A stretch of 63,949 nt of DNA, counting the filler, from an uncultured bacterium (GTDB lineage: Bacteria; CAYSBA01): assembly GCA_964429075.1 (NCBI GenBank). It is 13 parts of 13 records of this genome, joined end to end, with 100 filler letters (N's around TTAATTAATTAA, not from the genome) between each part and the next. Parts side by side here need not be neighbours in the genome. Positions count along the whole stretch, not along the records: positions 29,966 to 34,813 come from CAYSBA010000132.1; positions 34,914 to 39,752 come from CAYSBA010000133.1; positions 39,853 to 44,687 come from CAYSBA010000134.1; 10 more parts are not named here. One strand, given 5' to 3'. Positions 30,518 to 40,199 of the stretch are shown here, piece after piece. The stretch's first letter is position 1, and each line of letters starts with the position of its first letter. The translations under genes were made by a program, and so were the position numbers. The notes under the pieces are model-generated. The model worked only from the letters and a program-made list of their open reading frames with translations. It ran no database searches and had not been told where the DNA came from.

Positions 30518-32247
30518 TCCTCCAGGGTCCCCCTCAACACCTCTTCATAGGTTGTCTCTCCCCTTATTAATTTCTTGATGGCTACCATCCTAAGTGTATC
30601 CATCCCCTCTTCTATGGCCTTTTGCTTTATTTCCATGGCCATTGCACCTTCTAATATCATCTCTTTTAATGTGGGTGTGAGTGTCATTGTCTCGTAAAGA
30701 CCTATACGACCATTATATCCTGTACCATGGCAGATGTCGCAACCTTTGCCTCTCATCGGTTTAAAAGTACCTATTTTACTCTCATCCACACCAAGCGCAA
30801 TGAGCATTTCATCCTTTACACTATCGTCAGGTTCTTTACAGTTATCACATATCCTCCTTACAAGACGTTGAGAGACTACACAAAGTACGCAGGCAGTAAC
30901 CATAAAGGGTTCTACACCCATATTGAGTAATCTTGTTATTGTGGATGGCGCATCGTTTGTATGTAGTGTTGAAAGAACAAGGTGACCTGTAAGGGCTGCT
31001 TTGATTGCAACCTCAGCGGTCTCATAGTCTCTTATTTCACCAACCATTATAATGTCCGGGTCCTGTCTGAGGAAGGAACGGAGTGCAGCAGCAAAGGTAA
31101 GACCTATATCATCCCTTACCTGAACTTGATTGATACCCATAAAGTTAAACTCTACAGGGTCCTCTGCAGTAGATATGTTTATACCAACATCATTCAACTC
31201 AACAATAGCAGAGTATAAAGTAGTTGTTTTACCAGAACCACTCGGACCGGTCACAAGGACCATCCCATATGGTGTATGGATGGCCTTTCTAAACCTCTCT
31301 AAAGCCTCCTGTTCAAAACCCAGTTTATCGAGATCAAGCTGTAACTTTCCTTTATCAAGTATACGAAGAACAATACTCTCACCGAATATTGTTGGTACTG
31401 ATGAGACACGAAAGTCTATTGTCTTTATACCCTTTGAACGGTCTTTGATCTTTAGTTTGATTCTTCCATCCTGAGTGAGTCGGTTTTCTGCAATATCCAT
31501 TCCACTAATCAATTTGAGCCTTGATGCTACTGCATCCTTCAACTTTATAGGCAGTGTCCTTATTTCGTGGAGTACACCGTCTATGCGATATCTAATTCTT
31601 ATTCTATTTTCATAAGGTTCTACATGGATATCGCTTGCACCTTTTTCGATACCATCTAAAAGTATTGAGTTAACGAGTTTTACAATGGGGGCCTCTTCGG
31701 CCATCCTTGCAAGGTCTATTACATCCTCTTTCCCTTCCTCCTCCTTTTTTACCTCTACATCTTCAACACCGAGCTCTTCCTCATAGGTAGCCACCTCCTC
31801 CATAATGTCACCTTCCTGTTCGGCATACCACTTTTCTATTGCCTCCTTTATGCTCATCTCTGATGCAACAACTGGCTCTACCTGCAGGTTTGTTATAAAT
31901 TTTATTTCATCAATAACTGCGATATCAGTTGGGTCACTCATTGCAACAATCAGGGTTGATCCAACGCGATTTACAGGAATGATATTGTGTTTGATTGCAA
32001 GGCTCTTAGGTATTAACTTGATGACATCAGGTGATATCTGAAACCCTGATAGCGTAATACCTGGTACGCCATACTGTTTACTTAGTGCACTTACGAGTTC
32101 ATTTTCGCTTATTATACCAAGTTTAATAAGATTTTCACTGAGCTTGCCACCACTCTCAAGTTGTGATTTTCTTGCCCTTGCAAGGTCTTCGGTGCTTATT
32201 ACCTTCTGTCTTAGTAATATCTCACCAAGCTTTTCCATATCTAACAT
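30514..32247 (-). CDS. pilB: Type IV pilus assembly ATPase PilB (start may be 32238)
   Basis: MshEN-like N-terminus KLGEILL, ASDIH, GPSGSGKTTT, EDPVE, LRQDPD, TGHLVLSTLHTND, tetra-Cys Zn site. Confidence 0.93.
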   Translation of the reverse strand: MLDMEKLGEILLRQKVISTEDLARARKSQLESGGKLSENLIKLGIISENELVSALSKQYGVPGITLSGFQISPDVIKLIPKSLAIKHNIIPVNRVGSTLIVAMSDPTDIAVIDEIKFITNLQVEPVVASEMSIKEAIEKWYAEQEGDIMEEVATYEEELGVEDVEVKKEEEGKEDVIDLARMAEEAPIVKLVNSILLDGIEKGASDIHVEPYENRIRIRYRIDGVLHEIRTLPIKLKDAVASRLKLISGMDIAENRLTQDGRIKLKIKDRSKGIKTIDFRVSSVPTIFGESIVLRILDKGKLQLDLDKLGFEQEALERFRKAIHTPYGMVLVTGPSGSGKTTTLYSAIVELNDVGINISTAEDPVEFNFMGINQVQVRDDIGLTFAAALRSFLRQDPDIIMVGEIRDYETAEVAIKAALTGHLVLSTLHTNDAPSTITRLLNMGVEPFMVTACVLCVVSQRLVRRICDNCKEPDDSVKDEMLIALGVDESKIGTFKPMRGKGCDICHGTGYNGRIGLYETMTLTPTLKEMILEGAMAMEIKQKAIEEGMDTLRMVAIKKLIRGETTYEEVLRGTLED

Positions 32248-32288
32248 ATATATATAAAAGAGAGATTGATTTCAAGTGGTGACCGTTA

Positions 32289-32756
32289 TTAAATTCCACC
32301 CTCTATATACCACCTGCCTGATTCCTTTACCAGAACCATAATCTCTTTGCCCTCAATGAATCTCATCTTTTTTGTAAGGTCTCCTTTGATTATGTAGCCT
32401 ATTGTGTAGCTATATTTTACCCTTGCAACCCCACCCTTAACTTCAATGTCTGTTACAGTAATATCCAGCTTAACCATATTGGTTGAATCAAAAAATTCCT
32501 TCAGTTTTTTTCTGAGTCCCCTTTTATCATAGTCATCATCAGGATTTGTAGGATCATTATCCTCCATAAAGGATTCTGAAATAAGTGACATAATGCCGTC
32601 TAAATCCTTCTTTTCATACCGTGTTCGATAGGTAATAAGTAAGGCAATAATTGCCTTCGTCTGTGGTGTATCCATTATGTCAGTACCTGGTATAAGTGGT
32701 CGCTTACAGGATGGTAATATAAAAAGAAGACCTATTATTATAAAATACCTTCTCAT
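32289..32756 (-). CDS. NTF2/SnoaL-like lipoprotein
   Basis: Lipobox LPSC, YEKKDLDGIMSLIS, C-terminal LVKESGRWYI. Confidence 0.65.
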   Translation of the reverse strand: MRRYFIIIGLLFILPSCKRPLIPGTDIMDTPQTKAIIALLITYRTRYEKKDLDGIMSLISESFMEDNDPTNPDDDYDKRGLRKKLKEFFDSTNMVKLDITVTDIEVKGGVARVKYSYTIGYIIKGDLTKKMRFIEGKEIMVLVKESGRWYIEGGI

Positions 32757-33277
32757 AGCTTAAATGCAATACCAAATATTATAGCAAGAGGGATAATAAA
32801 GACAGGATGTACCCCCAGATAAAAGGCAGCACCAGAAGCAAGAAATATAAAGGCACCAGAGGGTGTAAGTAGTCTTTGAGGATCTATCATCTTTATAACA
32901 ATAACAAATAACATAGCCCATACTACGTATTCAATCGCCTTTAAGGCACCTTCCATATGATGATGTATTAAATAATCGTAACCATAAAAGAGCAACACAA
33001 CAGCAAGGACAGATGGTGCAATGTTACCGAGATTCGCAGCAACCACACCCAAAGGACCTGCTACCTTATATCCTGCATAGGTTGCAATCTTAATAGATAT
33101 GGCGCCAGGAGACATTTGTACAATTCCAAGTATCCGTGCAAATTCCTGTGCACTCAGAAGGCCTGTTGAACTTACCAGTTCTCGTTCAAGAAGGGGAATA
33201 AAGACCTGACCACCACCGAATGCTATGGATCCTACCTTAAAGAAACTCCAGAACAGAACAAGACAGCTATGCAGCAT
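32753..33277 (-). CDS. chrA: Short-chain chromate ion transporter (CHR family)
   Basis: FFKVGSIAFGGG, QMSPGAI, YAGYKVAGPLG. Confidence 0.85.
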   Translation of the reverse strand: MLHSCLVLFWSFFKVGSIAFGGGQVFIPLLERELVSSTGLLSAQEFARILGIVQMSPGAISIKIATYAGYKVAGPLGVVAANLGNIAPSVLAVVLLFYGYDYLIHHHMEGALKAIEYVVWAMLFVIVIKMIDPQRLLTPSGAFIFLASGAAFYLGVHPVFIIPLAIIFGIAFKL

Positions 33278-33280
33278 CTT

Positions 33281-33604
33281 CTAACTCTTTGTGAGTATCT
33301 TTTCTATAAGCTTTTTACTGTACCCGGTAAGATGTGTAAACACCACACCCATTCCACCTATATCCCCTTTGTTTTTTGGCTTTTTAATCCAGACTACCCT
33401 GCCTTTTCCTTCAATTGTCTCAATGTCGTCAACAATAACGCTAAAACGAAGATTGACCTCAGTTCCGACAGGTAGTGGATTGTCTGTCTTGATAAACACC
33501 CCCCTCTTTGAGATATTTACTACATATTCATTTATAAAATTGTCCACACTGCTAAACTCATGGTTGATTGTTATCCTCTTATCTCTGCGTTTATCCTTTG
33601 TCAT
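33281..33604 (-). CDS. PilZ domain protein, Myxococcales-like (TIGR02266-type)
   Basis: KRRDKR, FINEYVVNISKRGVFIKTDNPLPVGTEVNLRF, GRVVW, GMGVVF. Confidence 0.85.
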   Translation of the reverse strand: MTKDKRRDKRITINHEFSSVDNFINEYVVNISKRGVFIKTDNPLPVGTEVNLRFSVIVDDIETIEGKGRVVWIKKPKNKGDIGGMGVVFTHLTGYSKKLIEKILTKS

Positions 33605-33605
33605 T

Positions 33606-34813
33606 CTATAACTCCTTGACCCTGTAGTTCCCCTGCTCGTGGGATTGGGAAACCATAAAGGTTACAACTCTGTTATATTTGTTCTGTATTCTATACAGCG
33701 CCTCCTTTTCCTTGTCAAATAAGGTCTTTATAATATCAGGATGTGCCTCTACAAGAAACATCTTTCTCTTTGAGTTTTTCATCTTGTATATAAGGTCTCT
33801 AAGGATATCATAAATGACAGTTGAATAAGATTTTATCCTTCCACTTCCATTACATACCGGACATTCAGTTTGTAATGTGTGTGATAGATTGTATCTTTCT
33901 CTTTCTCGTGTCATCTCTACCAGCCCGAGTCTTGAAATTCGTTGAATGTTGGAGGTTGCAGTATCATATTCAAGGGCCTTTAAAAGTGTTTCATAGACTG
34001 TCTTTCTATTGGATGCCTTTTTCATGTCAATAAAATCTATAATAATTATTCCACCAAGGTTTCTAAGTCTCAACTGGCGTGCGATCTCCAGCGCTGCTTC
34101 AATGTTAGTTTTTGTAACTGTTATCTCATGATCGGTGTTTCCAGTAAACTTACCAGAGTTTACGTCTATAGTTATAAGACCTTCTGTCTCATCAATTGTT
34201 ATATTTCCACCAGATTTGAGGATGACCTTTCTTTTAAGTGCCTTTTCAATCTGGGAGTTTATGTTGAATTTCTCAAAAATCATTGTTTCTTCTGGATGTA
34301 TCACTATTTCAGGACCATCAAATGGGAAAAACTCCTTCATATATCTTGTTATGATGTTGGAATATTCCTGGCTGTTTGTATGGATGACCTCTGTGGAAGG
34401 ATTTAACAGATCTCTTAACACCCTCATAATAAGTTCGTCTTCAGAATAGATGAGCCCTGGACCTCTTTTTCTTCTGAAAGACCGTACAATGCTGGTAAAC
34501 CGCTTTCTTAATAATTCTATCTCTCTTTTCAACAACAAAAAAAAAAAAAAAACAGATGCCGTTCTGAGANNNNNNNNNNTTTTTAAATTTTAGTATTTGT
34601 GATTTTAGATACTCCCTTTTTTCAGGATCTTTTATTAGGGATGAGACAAAAACCGAATCTGAAAAAGGACAATATACAAGGTACTTCCCGGGTAGTGTAA
34701 TCCTTAGTGTAAGCTTTACACCCTTATTATCATTTCCCTCTCTGAATACCTGACACAGGATATCTTCACCCTGTTTCAGTAGTTTTGAAATATCTCTTTT
34801 GTTTCTATTATAG
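33606..34813 (-). CDS. rng: Ribonuclease E/G family, 5'-truncated and interrupted by an assembly gap
   Basis: IDVNSG, IARQLRLRNLGGIIIIDFIDM, EMTR, CPVCNGSG; manual translation of 34580-34813 gives ISKLLKQGEDILCQV...ITLPGKYLV (S1 region). Confidence 0.9.
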
Positions 34814-34913
34814 NNNNNNNNNNNNNNNNNNNNNNNNNNNNNNNNNNNNNNNNNNNNTTAATTAATTAANNNNNNNNNNNNNNNNNNNNNNNNNNNNNNN
34901 NNNNNNNNNNNNN

Positions 34914-35508
34914 TGCCAATCCTGTCAAGAAACCCTGATATGATTGAGAAACTTGTAAAGAATCCTACAAAAGAGATCGCCATTGTGAGAATAAAACTCA
35001 TCAGGGATTTAATCTTAATCCTGAATCTAATCTTAATAAGATGAAAGATAGATTCCAAAAAAAATCTTGCCACAAAGATAATAAAAGCAAGTATAAATAT
35101 ATTCATTAAAAATGTTAAAGAAGGGATGTATTTCTTTAATAATGTGCCGTCTGGGTAAAGTATAGGTAAATTCATTATTGACAGAACAATAAACAACTTG
35201 GCATCGCCTGCAGCCCAAACTCCGAATTTCCACATAATAAATGCCACAATAAAGCAGAAAATAAAATCTGTAGGACGGTTGATTAATCTCAGATAACCAA
35301 CAGAATTGGGTGAATAGATAATCAGACTATAAAAAAGTATGTATGCTAAAAGCCAGATAAAGAAAAGTAAAAGTGCCTTTTTAAGATGGCGATTGAAAAT
35401 CTTTCCGTATTTATAATCAGTTATGACAGCAATACCACCTAAGGTCAGGGTCAACAAAAGCAAGGTGTATTTAAAAAAAATATATGCCCAAAATAGTGGA
35501 GAATGCAT
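34914..35508 (-). CDS. A24-family prepilin/preflagellin peptidase, 3'-truncated
   Basis: Polytopic membrane protein with ITDYKYGKIFN (first Asp) and WAAGDAKLF (GxGD-like second Asp). Confidence 0.75.
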
Positions 35509-35559
35509 AATAGTTTCTTTTAAGGATATAGCATAAAAATAGATGAAAATAAAAAATCA

Positions 35560-36339
35560 TCAAAGATTAATAATAGAACCCTGCTCAAGGAAATTAATAT
35601 CGAGGTCTCTGTGATGAGTTTTCAAGATTTCTACATCTTTTATTATTTCATCTTTAAACCAGGGCTTAAGATGATAAAGATATATTTTTACATCCCTTTT
35701 GGTTAATTTGTTTAATTCTTTGTCAAGTATGTCAACCGAATAATGCCCACTTTTAATAGCCAGATCTGTGTGTCTTGATGGAAAGCTAAGTTCTACAAAT
35801 AAGACCTTAAGCCTTTTGAGAGAATTGATATGTTCCCAGAAGTTATCGTTGTAGGTTGTATCGCTTGTGATTGCAAGCCTTATATCCTGTGTCTCGATTA
35901 TATGTCCAACTGTCTGTACTGTATGATTCATTTTGATTGGTAAAAAGCTGTATTTAGCTATCTTAAGCGGAGTGCCTATTTTTTGCTGGCAAAATTCAAT
36001 TACATTTTTTGAATTTATCTTTATCTTAGAAAAATCCGGCCATACAACATTGTTAAAATAGTGTTTGAGCAATGCATTTTTAGTATAATCCGTACAGTGT
36101 AGAAAAAGTGGAGATTTTCTTGGAGAAGTACCGATGGCATCTGCAAGGAGCCCAAGGTCTTTTATGTGATCTACATGTGCATGACTAATAATTATATGTT
36201 CTATATGCAGTAGCCTTTTGGCCTCTAAATTTGTAAGTACAGATCCGGCATCATAGAGAATGGAATCGTCTATTAAAAAGGTGACAGGCCTGTGACCAGG
36301 CAGTTCACCCCCAAAACAACCTAAAATTTCAATCTTCAC
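35560..36339 (-). CDS. Class II 3',5'-cyclic nucleotide phosphodiesterase (metallo-beta-lactamase fold)
   Basis: ILGCFGG, DAGS, SHAHVDHIKDL, FNNVVWPDF, NHTV, SDT, ELSFP, GHY, YHLKP. Confidence 0.85.
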   Translation of the reverse strand: MKIEILGCFGGELPGHRPVTFLIDDSILYDAGSVLTNLEAKRLLHIEHIIISHAHVDHIKDLGLLADAIGTSPRKSPLFLHCTDYTKNALLKHYFNNVVWPDFSKIKINSKNVIEFCQQKIGTPLKIAKYSFLPIKMNHTVQTVGHIIETQDIRLAITSDTTYNDNFWEHINSLKRLKVLFVELSFPSRHTDLAIKSGHYSVDILDKELNKLTKRDVKIYLYHLKPWFKDEIIKDVEILKTHHRDLDINFLEQGSIINL

Positions 36340-36344
36340 ATTCT

Positions 36345-36373
36345 ATTATTAACACATAGATGATCAAAGTCAA
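36345..36373 (-). promoter_or_regulatory. Putative internal sigma70 promoter directly before the PDE GTG start
   Basis: TTGACT-17-AATAAT, 5 nt upstream of GTG 36339; no SD. Confidence 0.35.
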
Positions 36374-36377
36374 AAAA

Positions 36378-37991
36378 TTAAATCTTTATAGATCCATCTT
36401 TGATTAGTTCAATAAATGTATCAGTAATCACAGGGTCAAACTGTGTCCCCCTTCCTTCGTTGAGTCTCTTAATAGCCTCATCAAGAGATAGTCCCTTTCT
36501 ATAAGGTCTATTTGTTGTCATGGCATCGAAGGCGTCACATACCGCTATAATCTTTGCCTCGGTGCATATTTCGTCACCTTTTAGACCATCAGGGTATCCT
36601 TTACCATCGACTCTTTCATGATGGTGTTTTACTGCATCTATTATACTTCTCAACTGTTCGATTTTATTGAGAATTTCCTCAGCATAAATGGTATGTTTTT
36701 TCATTTTATTAAATTCTTCGTCAGTAAGTCTGTCCGGTTTGTTTAAGATCCTGTCTTCTACACCAATCTTACCAATATCATGCAGGATTGCCCCGAGTTT
36801 TAACCTTTCTACAATCGCTTGCTCAAGATTTAGCTTTTGAGCAATCTTAAGCGAATAGTTCATCACCCTTTTTATATGTCCACCTGTGTATTTATCGCGA
36901 ACCTCTATTGCCTCTGCAAGTGCTTCACTAAATTCTAAAAACAGTCGCTTTTGCTTTTGATAGAGTTGTGCATTCTCTATCGCGACAGCAACAAGGTTTG
37001 AAAGAGAGATGAGTATCTCAAGGTCGTTATGATCAAATCCTGAATGACCGATTTTGTTGAGACCCTGCAGAACACCGATCAATCTGTTTTTTACCTTAAT
37101 AGGGACGCAGATTATGTTTCTGGTTACGAATTTTGTCTTTTTATCCACTATCTTACTGTGTCTTGCATCCTTCTCGAGATTATTGGCAATAATTGGTTTA
37201 CCAGTCTCAGCTACCTTACCTGCTATACCCTCTCCAATTTTCAATCTTATCTCTTTTATTAACTCCTCTTCATCACCAAGGGCCACAACAAAGTATAATT
37301 CATTGGTCTTTTCATCGAGCAATAACAGCGATGCTCGTTCACATTCAAGCATCTCACAGGTGGCCTCCATCGATCTTTTCATAACAAGTCTTGGATTTAG
37401 GGAGGAACTAATTAATAGGTTTACCTCATGCATCTTTGAGATAAGATTAAATTTCTTTTCGAGGTCACTATAAAGCATGGAATTTTTAAATATGATTGAT
37501 ATCTGTGTGGCCAGAAACTCAAGTATCTCTATATCCTGTTGATTGAAATCAGAGTTATCCTTGTTGATCACCTCGATTGCACCTATTATTTTGTTCTCCT
37601 GGATTAATGGTACGGCAAGTATATTTTTTGTATCTATCTTTATAAGCTGTTGTATGTCCCTATTCCAGATAGGATCACTCTGTGGGTGATTACATATATA
37701 TGGTTGTCTGTGTTGAATAACCCAGCCTGCAATGCCCTTTGTAGGATCCATGGACCTATTTTTTAGTACTCCACTTCCTGGTCCAACCACATATCTAAAT
37801 ATAAGATTATTGTTTTTAAAGTTATCCTGCAGGAGTAAGATGGAGCCTGCTTCACAATCTATTGCCTTAATGACTGATCTTAAAATACTTTCTATGTTTT
37901 CTTCGAGGTTATGACCGGTTGATAATTTGTTTAACTCAAGGAAAGTTCGTAAGACCTTTCTGTACTTATTTATTTCTTTTGATTGCTGCAT
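36378..37991 (-). CDS. Tandem GAF-GAF plus HD-GYP phosphodiesterase
   Basis: Two GAF domains with NK...F...D.E motifs; YTGGH, LHDIGKIG, HHERVDGKGYPDGL, CDAFDAMTTNRPYR. Confidence 0.92.
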   Translation of the reverse strand: MQQSKEINKYRKVLRTFLELNKLSTGHNLEENIESILRSVIKAIDCEAGSILLLQDNFKNNNLIFRYVVGPGSGVLKNRSMDPTKGIAGWVIQHRQPYICNHPQSDPIWNRDIQQLIKIDTKNILAVPLIQENKIIGAIEVINKDNSDFNQQDIEILEFLATQISIIFKNSMLYSDLEKKFNLISKMHEVNLLISSSLNPRLVMKRSMEATCEMLECERASLLLLDEKTNELYFVVALGDEEELIKEIRLKIGEGIAGKVAETGKPIIANNLEKDARHSKIVDKKTKFVTRNIICVPIKVKNRLIGVLQGLNKIGHSGFDHNDLEILISLSNLVAVAIENAQLYQKQKRLFLEFSEALAEAIEVRDKYTGGHIKRVMNYSLKIAQKLNLEQAIVERLKLGAILHDIGKIGVEDRILNKPDRLTDEEFNKMKKHTIYAEEILNKIEQLRSIIDAVKHHHERVDGKGYPDGLKGDEICTEAKIIAVCDAFDAMTTNRPYRKGLSLDEAIKRLNEGRGTQFDPVITDTFIELIKDGSIKI

Positions 37992-37997
37992 AAGGTC

Positions 37998-39752
37998 CTA
38001 TTTTGTTGTCATTATAAAGACGCCATCCCAGTCATCGGGTGGGGGATTTTTTTTCATAGATTCACAACGTTTGATATAGAGGGTACATGCCTTATCCTCT
38101 TTTAGCTGTAAGGCCTGCTGAAATACTGCAATTGCCTTATCCCATTCTCTATTTCTGTATTTTTGCAACCCATCATGAAACATCTCGATAAATTCTCTAA
38201 ATTGATCAGCTCTCTCTTTTCTACTTACCAATTCAAATATCTTGACAGGTTCAAGTTTACCCTTGACTCTTACCAGATCTAGNNNNNNNNNNAATAGCAG
38301 ATTTTGTAAATTCTGATATGACAATATTGGTTCCATATTGTTTATTTATCCCTTCGAGCCTTGAAGCGAGATTTACATTGTCTCCTATAACAGTATAATC
38401 AAATCGGATATCAGATCCCATGTTACCTACAGACACATCTCCAGTGTTGATTCCAACGCCGATATTTATAACCGGAAGTTTTCTTCTTCCCCAGTCTTCG
38501 TTGAGTCGCTTTAGTTCTTCTAACATATCAAGGGCAGTGTTGCAGGCCCTTTTTGCATGATCATCAAAGTGAATCGGAGCACCAAAGATTGCCATAAGGG
38601 CATCACCTATATATTTGTCGAGGGTGCCCTCGTATTTGAAGACTATATTTGTCATAGGAGTCAGATATTCGTTAAGAAATTCTGAGAGAGCTTCTGGAGA
38701 GAGGCCTTCTGAGATTGTTGTAAAGGACCTAATATCAGAAAAGAGTATGGTAAGTTCTCTTTTTTCACCACCGAGTTTTAGGTTTTCTACGTCTTCAAGT
38801 ACCTTATCAACCACACTCTTTGACAGATAAAACTGGAAGGCCTTTCTGATCTTACCCTTTTCCCGTTCTTCAGTCATGTATCTGTATATGGCAATACCAA
38901 CCAACAGTAAGAAACTCTGAAGGTTGGGGAATAAAGATTTGAGCCAGTATCCCTTTTCAAACAGAAGTTTGAAATCAAATAGATTAAAAAGCAGGACGTA
39001 TCCTATTAAAAAAATAAATCCATAATATAGCTTGTATCTGTTAAGTACAATTGTAAGGATCAGTCCGGATAAAATAAGAAGGATAATCTCAACAGTAATA
39101 AAGCTATTAGGACGCATCAAAAAGTCTTTGTGTATTATGTTTTCTACAATGGATGCATTTATTTCAACCCCTGGTGCCGTTGCATCGAAGGGATTTGCCC
39201 TTAAATCGTGTGTCCCCAATGCAGTGGCACCTATAATAACTGCCTTGCCTTCAAGATCTTTTTTGTCCACCCGCTTTTCTATGATATCCCTTACACTTAT
39301 ATGTTTGAATGTCCCTGAAGGACCGTAGAATTTTATCTGAAGTCTACCATGTTCATCTATCGGTATGGGCTGATCACCAACTAAAAGCACAACAGGTACT
39401 GATACTCCCTGTTCTTCCATCTGTGTTTCATCAAGGATCTTTAAGACCGGGTCACCCTTGCCAAGATAGAGAGAAGCAATAGTGAGCGCAAGTGAACCCA
39501 GATAGTTTTTATCAAGGGACATTACAAGATAGCTGCTTCTAAATACACCATCAAGATCTGGTATCTGATTGAAATAGCCATTGTAGGTTGCTGCCTTTTC
39601 GATTATCGGGATGTTTGTTCTCAATCCGACTGCCGTGATAAACTTTTTTTGGACAGATTCTGTATCTGGAGCAATGATTGTCATCAGCTTTTTTAGATAT
39701 TTTTGATTCTTTTTGTAATTTTCTTCAGATAGCCCCTTTACCTCCTCTTTCG
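37998..39752 (-). CDS. CHASE2-domain class III adenylate cyclase, 5'-truncated, spanning the 10-N gap at 38283-38292
   Basis: CHASE2 (PDLDGVFR, GVEINAS), 3 TMs, LFSDIRSFT, DKYIGDA, DYTVIGDNVNLASRLE, VRVKGK, TPR-like tail ending WDGVF. Confidence 0.92.
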
Positions 39753-39853
39753 NNNNNNNNNNNNNNNNNNNNNNNNNNNNNNNNNNNNNNNNNNNNTTAA
39801 TTAATTAANNNNNNNNNNNNNNNNNNNNNNNNNNNNNNNNNNNNNNNNNNNNG

Positions 39854-40192
39854 TATGAAAGATTAATATTAGAACGATCAGCTAATGAGAATTCCAATAT
39901 AGCCTACAGGCTTGCTCATTGTCAGTTACTCTATAGAAGCAGAAGGACAGAAGACGCAAAAGATGAGTTAATAAAGCTAATTGAATCTGGCAATGGTGGG
40001 CTCAGGGCCAAAAAACTTCTTGCAAGAATATTTATGGATAGCAGGGTTGATGAAAAGATTAGAAAAATTCTTGAAGATGTAACCAACATAGATGAGGAGT
40101 TTGTCTGCAGGGATTGCTCTTTTAAGTTTAAAAAAGTATATTTAAAATGTCCAAGGTGTCAGAGCTGGGGCAGTATATATCCATTAACATAG
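39854..40192 (+). CDS. lapB: LapB/YciM-like TPR plus rubredoxin protein, C-terminal fragment
   Basis: Manual translation ends FVCRDCSFKFKKVYLKCPRCQSWGSIYPLT*, the LapB rubredoxin pattern, after TPR-like helices. Confidence 0.7.
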   Translation, partial: YERLILERSANENSNIAYRLAHCQLLYRSRRTEDAKDELIKLIESGNGGLRAKKLLARIFMDSRVDEKIRKILEDVTNIDEEFVCRDCSFKFKKVYLKCPRCQSWGSIYPLT

Positions 40193-40199
40193 TGTCAGG

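Noticed and set aside
34537-34579. 16-nt poly-A tract and apparent break in rng (phase variation or pseudogene)
   Set aside because: Adjacent to a 10-N scaffold gap and both flanks encode intact RNase E/G sequence; most likely an assembly artefact
38257-38336. Adenylate cyclase apparently split into two ORFs (frameshift)
   Set aside because: The frame change falls exactly at an N gap of arbitrary length; treated as one gene
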